This document shows, piece after piece, positions 61,101 to 64,000 of a stretch of 64,000 nucleotides of DNA. The translations under genes and the position numbers were made by a program. This stretch comes from Klebsormidium nitens (Eukaryota > Plantae > Klebsormidiophyceae): positions 62,001 through 126,000 of the forward strand of contig DF236963.1 of NCBI GenBank assembly GCA_000708835.1. Direction: 5' to 3'. Numbering within the stretch: the first letter of the stretch is position 1; every line of letters starts with the position of its first letter. The notes below the pieces were generated by a model. The model saw only the letters and a list, made by a program, of their open reading frames with translations, searched no databases and was not told the origin of the DNA.

Positions 61101-64000
61101 AAGACGCAACACCTTTCACCACCGGTAGGAGCGAGGGAATGCTTCTTGCCAACGGGCTGAAGTCAAGGTAAGCTGCCGCCGGAATTTTCCCAGGAAGAGC
61201 AAAGCCCAACATCATCCAACGGCACGTGACAGAAAAGAGATCCACAGAAAGGATCGCTCACCACGAGCGCGGTCTGCCAGTCGTGGCAGTGGATGACGTC
61301 AGGCTTCTTCCCGGCCTTGTGGATGAACTCCAGCGCCGCGCGGCAGAAGTAGGTGAAGCGCTTGAAGTCGTCCGCCTCGCCGTAGAACGCGTTGCGCCAA
61401 AAGAAGCGGCCCGGGTGGTGCGGCTCGATGAAGTACACGGGCAGCCCTGGAATATCCATCGATGAGCTTTTCAACATGTCTCCAGTATTTTATATCTTCA
61501 ACAAATAGATGTTAATCGAAATTGGCTTGCAATACACGAAGCTTGACCAAGCTTTTTCTCCCCTAGAAAAAGCTTCCAAGGTGGGCAATTGGGAAGCGCC
61601 GCCAATGCGGAGCGAAATGAAGTGCCTAGGAAGCAAGCTTTACTTTCCTCTTGAACTTCAACCGCTTGAACGTTGTGTCTCCAAGATGAACACCATCTCT
61701 CTTAGGGATCGCCCTGCTGGTTCCGCGTGACGAAGGAATAGAAAAAACCTCGAAAATCAAGTCCAGAGCAGCAGGTAGTCGTTTCGAAGTCGAGAGAGTG
61801 AGGACGCAGCAATCCAAATGTGTCGCTTTCAAAAAGTGCATTGAAGACTTTAACTAGCGAATATAAGACAAGCGAGATTCGAGCAAAGTCTTGCAATCAG
61901 TAATTAGGATGTCGGAAGTCCAGGATGTCATCAGGGCCGTCGCTTATCCGGCGTGTTAGACCGCCCTTGCTAACTTTACTGACGTTCAAACAATACTCCA
62001 TGTTGCGAACGCGCCGATCCGAAACTCAGAGTACGGGTAAACTCGGATTTCTTCCGCTTGAGCCCTTCATCGAAGTTCTACTCACTGGCAGCCAAAATGC
62101 TCCCAGTGGAAGCTTGAAACCATAACAAGGGGACCCAGTCGGAACCTCTGACGACGTGTGTTGCTCTCAAAAAAACGGCGTAGCAGCTCACCTTCGACGA
62201 TGCCCCTCCAAAGCCTGTTCCTGTGCATCTGGCCGTCAAAATAGGACTCCAGATCCATTTGTATCACCTGCGGGTAAATGGGACACGCTTCAACCCACCA
62301 GAAGATTCAGACACAAGGTTCCCGCAAGCCACAAACATAAATGAGAAGCATAGTACCAAGTTTGAACCTGTGCATAGGAGGTTATCAGCTTGGGGAGATC
62401 TTTGCGACTCCTTGCCACAGCACAAGCAAACCTCCGTCGTCAACACGTTGTCGGCCTTCATTGGTCCTTTAACATTTCCCCGGATCAATCGGTTCTCGCT
62501 TGCGAAGAGGAACCATCCTAAGCCCCGCATATGGTTCTTGAGCCGTCACTTAATTCGGTCGCCTGTTCCTTCCCTACCATTGGTGCCAGAAAACAACAAC
62601 ATACTTTTTGGGGAGCAGCCGGAAGAAGATTCTTACCTTGAGGTCTTGTACCCTGCTGTAGTCCATGCAGTCGTACTTGGGCAGCACAAACTCCACCAGG
62701 TGACCCTTCTTTTGAAGCGCGCGCCCCAGCCCCGTGACGACATCCGCCAATCCGCCAACCTGAAGTGACGGAGCAGAGGACGTGCCTTCAGGATATTTAC
62801 AGCTTCGATCTCCGTCATGATGTGGCTTGATTCGGAAGCCAAAGCATGTTTCCGTATGAGTATGCTGAAGAAGCTTCAAGGCTCTTCCTTGATGCCTTCC
62901 CCTGATCTTGGTTGACCTCAGCAGCCGGTGTGCTTAATCCGACAGATTATGGATGAGAACCTCACGGCACTCTTCCGTTAGTTGGTTTCTATTTCCACAT
63001 CGTTTGGCGAGAAATGCTTTTGAGAAAATGACAAATAATTTCTACACCGTACGTCGACTTGTTATTTCAATTCATCTAATCCTCTCTGTCCCACCACGAG
63101 AATGACTTTTCATTCTTTGCCCGCAACATCTTCTGCGAACACAGCCGCCATTCCCTTCGCAACATCTACGATTTGGCACCTGATCCGAATGCTTCCGTAA
63201 GTCGGTCTCATTTGCTTAGATGAGAACACGCCTGCTCGAAGTCAACCACAAGTTGAAGAAAACCAGACTCAATCCCAACCAAACACTTCAAACAAACTTC
63301 GAGCAGTCCGCTCAACCAAAATGAACATACCTTGGCCACCGGCGCCATCTCCGCGGCAATGTGCACGATATGCATCCCCGGCCGCATCTTCCCCTCGATC
63401 AACTTCAGCAGCCCGGCGGCAGCGCTGACGTCATCCGCCTGCTCGAGGCCACTGTAGACGTCCCGTATCCGTGGATCGCGGTGCCACGCCATAAGCCGCA
63501 GCTCCACGGCCTGCAGGCAGATCGTCCGCATCTCAAGTAAGCAAAGCTCGTGCAAAAGTTCCAATCCGCTGGTGGAAGCAATCTGTAGTACTTAATCGGC
63601 GACACAGCCTAATCTACATACAGGAATAATGGCTAGTCCGGACTGAAGCTCCGAAGTCGGTCCGGAATCCAGCGAGTCACCTCCAAGAATCTGAGCATGG
63701 ACTATATGGTGCTGATTACTGGGAGGGTTTGTGAGGGCTCAATCCTTGCGGTTTACTTACCTGGTCGAGTGTCAAGTGGCGGTCCAGCATAAGCGCGTCG
63801 AGGCGCAACAGCAGATCACTCCAGAACTCCCACGGCATCTCGCCCACCGGCACCGCCTTCGGCTCCGAGCCCCGTAGCCCCTCGACGCGCAGGCGCTCCA
63901 TATCCTCCTGGAACGCCTCTACTTCGGACTTATACATTTCGACCTGCGCCTGCATGTCCGCGTCCGACTGGACCAACTGCTCCTTCAGCAGCGCCACCTG
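55147..64000 (-). CDS. SS4: Soluble starch synthase 4 (GT5), 5'-truncated by the window end
   Basis: Exons: 63761 to about 63997 (coiled coil, [12 protein letters not shown]), 63331-63510 ([15 protein letters not shown]), 62637-62759 (VGGLADVV, completing KVGGL), 62192-62267, 61262-61446 (HCHDWQTA), 60000-60266 (TCHNFEYQG), 58630-58845 (GVLNGID), 57965-58090 (RLVPQKG), 57132-57281 ([11 protein letters not shown]), 56327-56388 ([20 protein letters not shown]), 55826-55901 and 55147-55311 (stop). Confidence 0.96.
58961..59570 (-). repeat. Intronic ladder of about five copies of the acceptor + 5' end of SS4 exon 58630-58845
   Basis: A near-perfect copy at 58973-59031, then progressively degenerate copies at about 59122-59150, 59220-59265, 59387-59435 and 59508-59565 of [20 protein letters not shown]. 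Confidence 0.88.
60362..60765 (-). repeat. Intronic ladder of 2-3 copies of the acceptor + 5' end of SS4 exon 60000-60266
   Basis: 60362-60444 reads [24 protein letters not shown], 60512-60596 reads [24 protein letters not shown], and a remnant lies at about 60735-60765. The real exon reads [25 protein letters not shown]. Confidence 0.88.

Overview
Intron-rich eukaryotic nuclear DNA from a green plant lineage. The gene set and intron style suggest a streptophyte alga such as Klebsormidium (inference). Hand splicing across GT(GC)-AG introns gives ten protein-coding loci. Six are recognisable: the 3' part of a caleosin/peroxygenase (+), a GAUT1-like galacturonosyltransferase (-), glutamate decarboxylase GAD (+), RBX1 (-), the IBR5 dual-specificity phosphatase (+) and the 3' part of starch synthase 4 (-). 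Four are less certain: an acidic orphan protein (+), a secreted Cys-rich + AOC/dirigent-like barrel protein (+), a Zn-finger + PIN/FEN-like nuclease (-) and a long coiled-coil protein (+). There is one 101-N gap. The main unexplained signal is that introns of GAUT, GAD, SS4 and caleosin carry ladders of 1-7 degenerate copies of the neighbouring splice junction. Upstream of an exon these are branch point + polypyrimidine tract + AG + the first 30-100 nt of the exon. Downstream they are the exon end + GT. Divergence generally increases with distance from the real exon, several young copies differ from it almost only at synonymous sites, and some look like frameshifting cassette (poison) exons. 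Splice models were made by eye, and N-terminal exons of poorly conserved genes are tentative.
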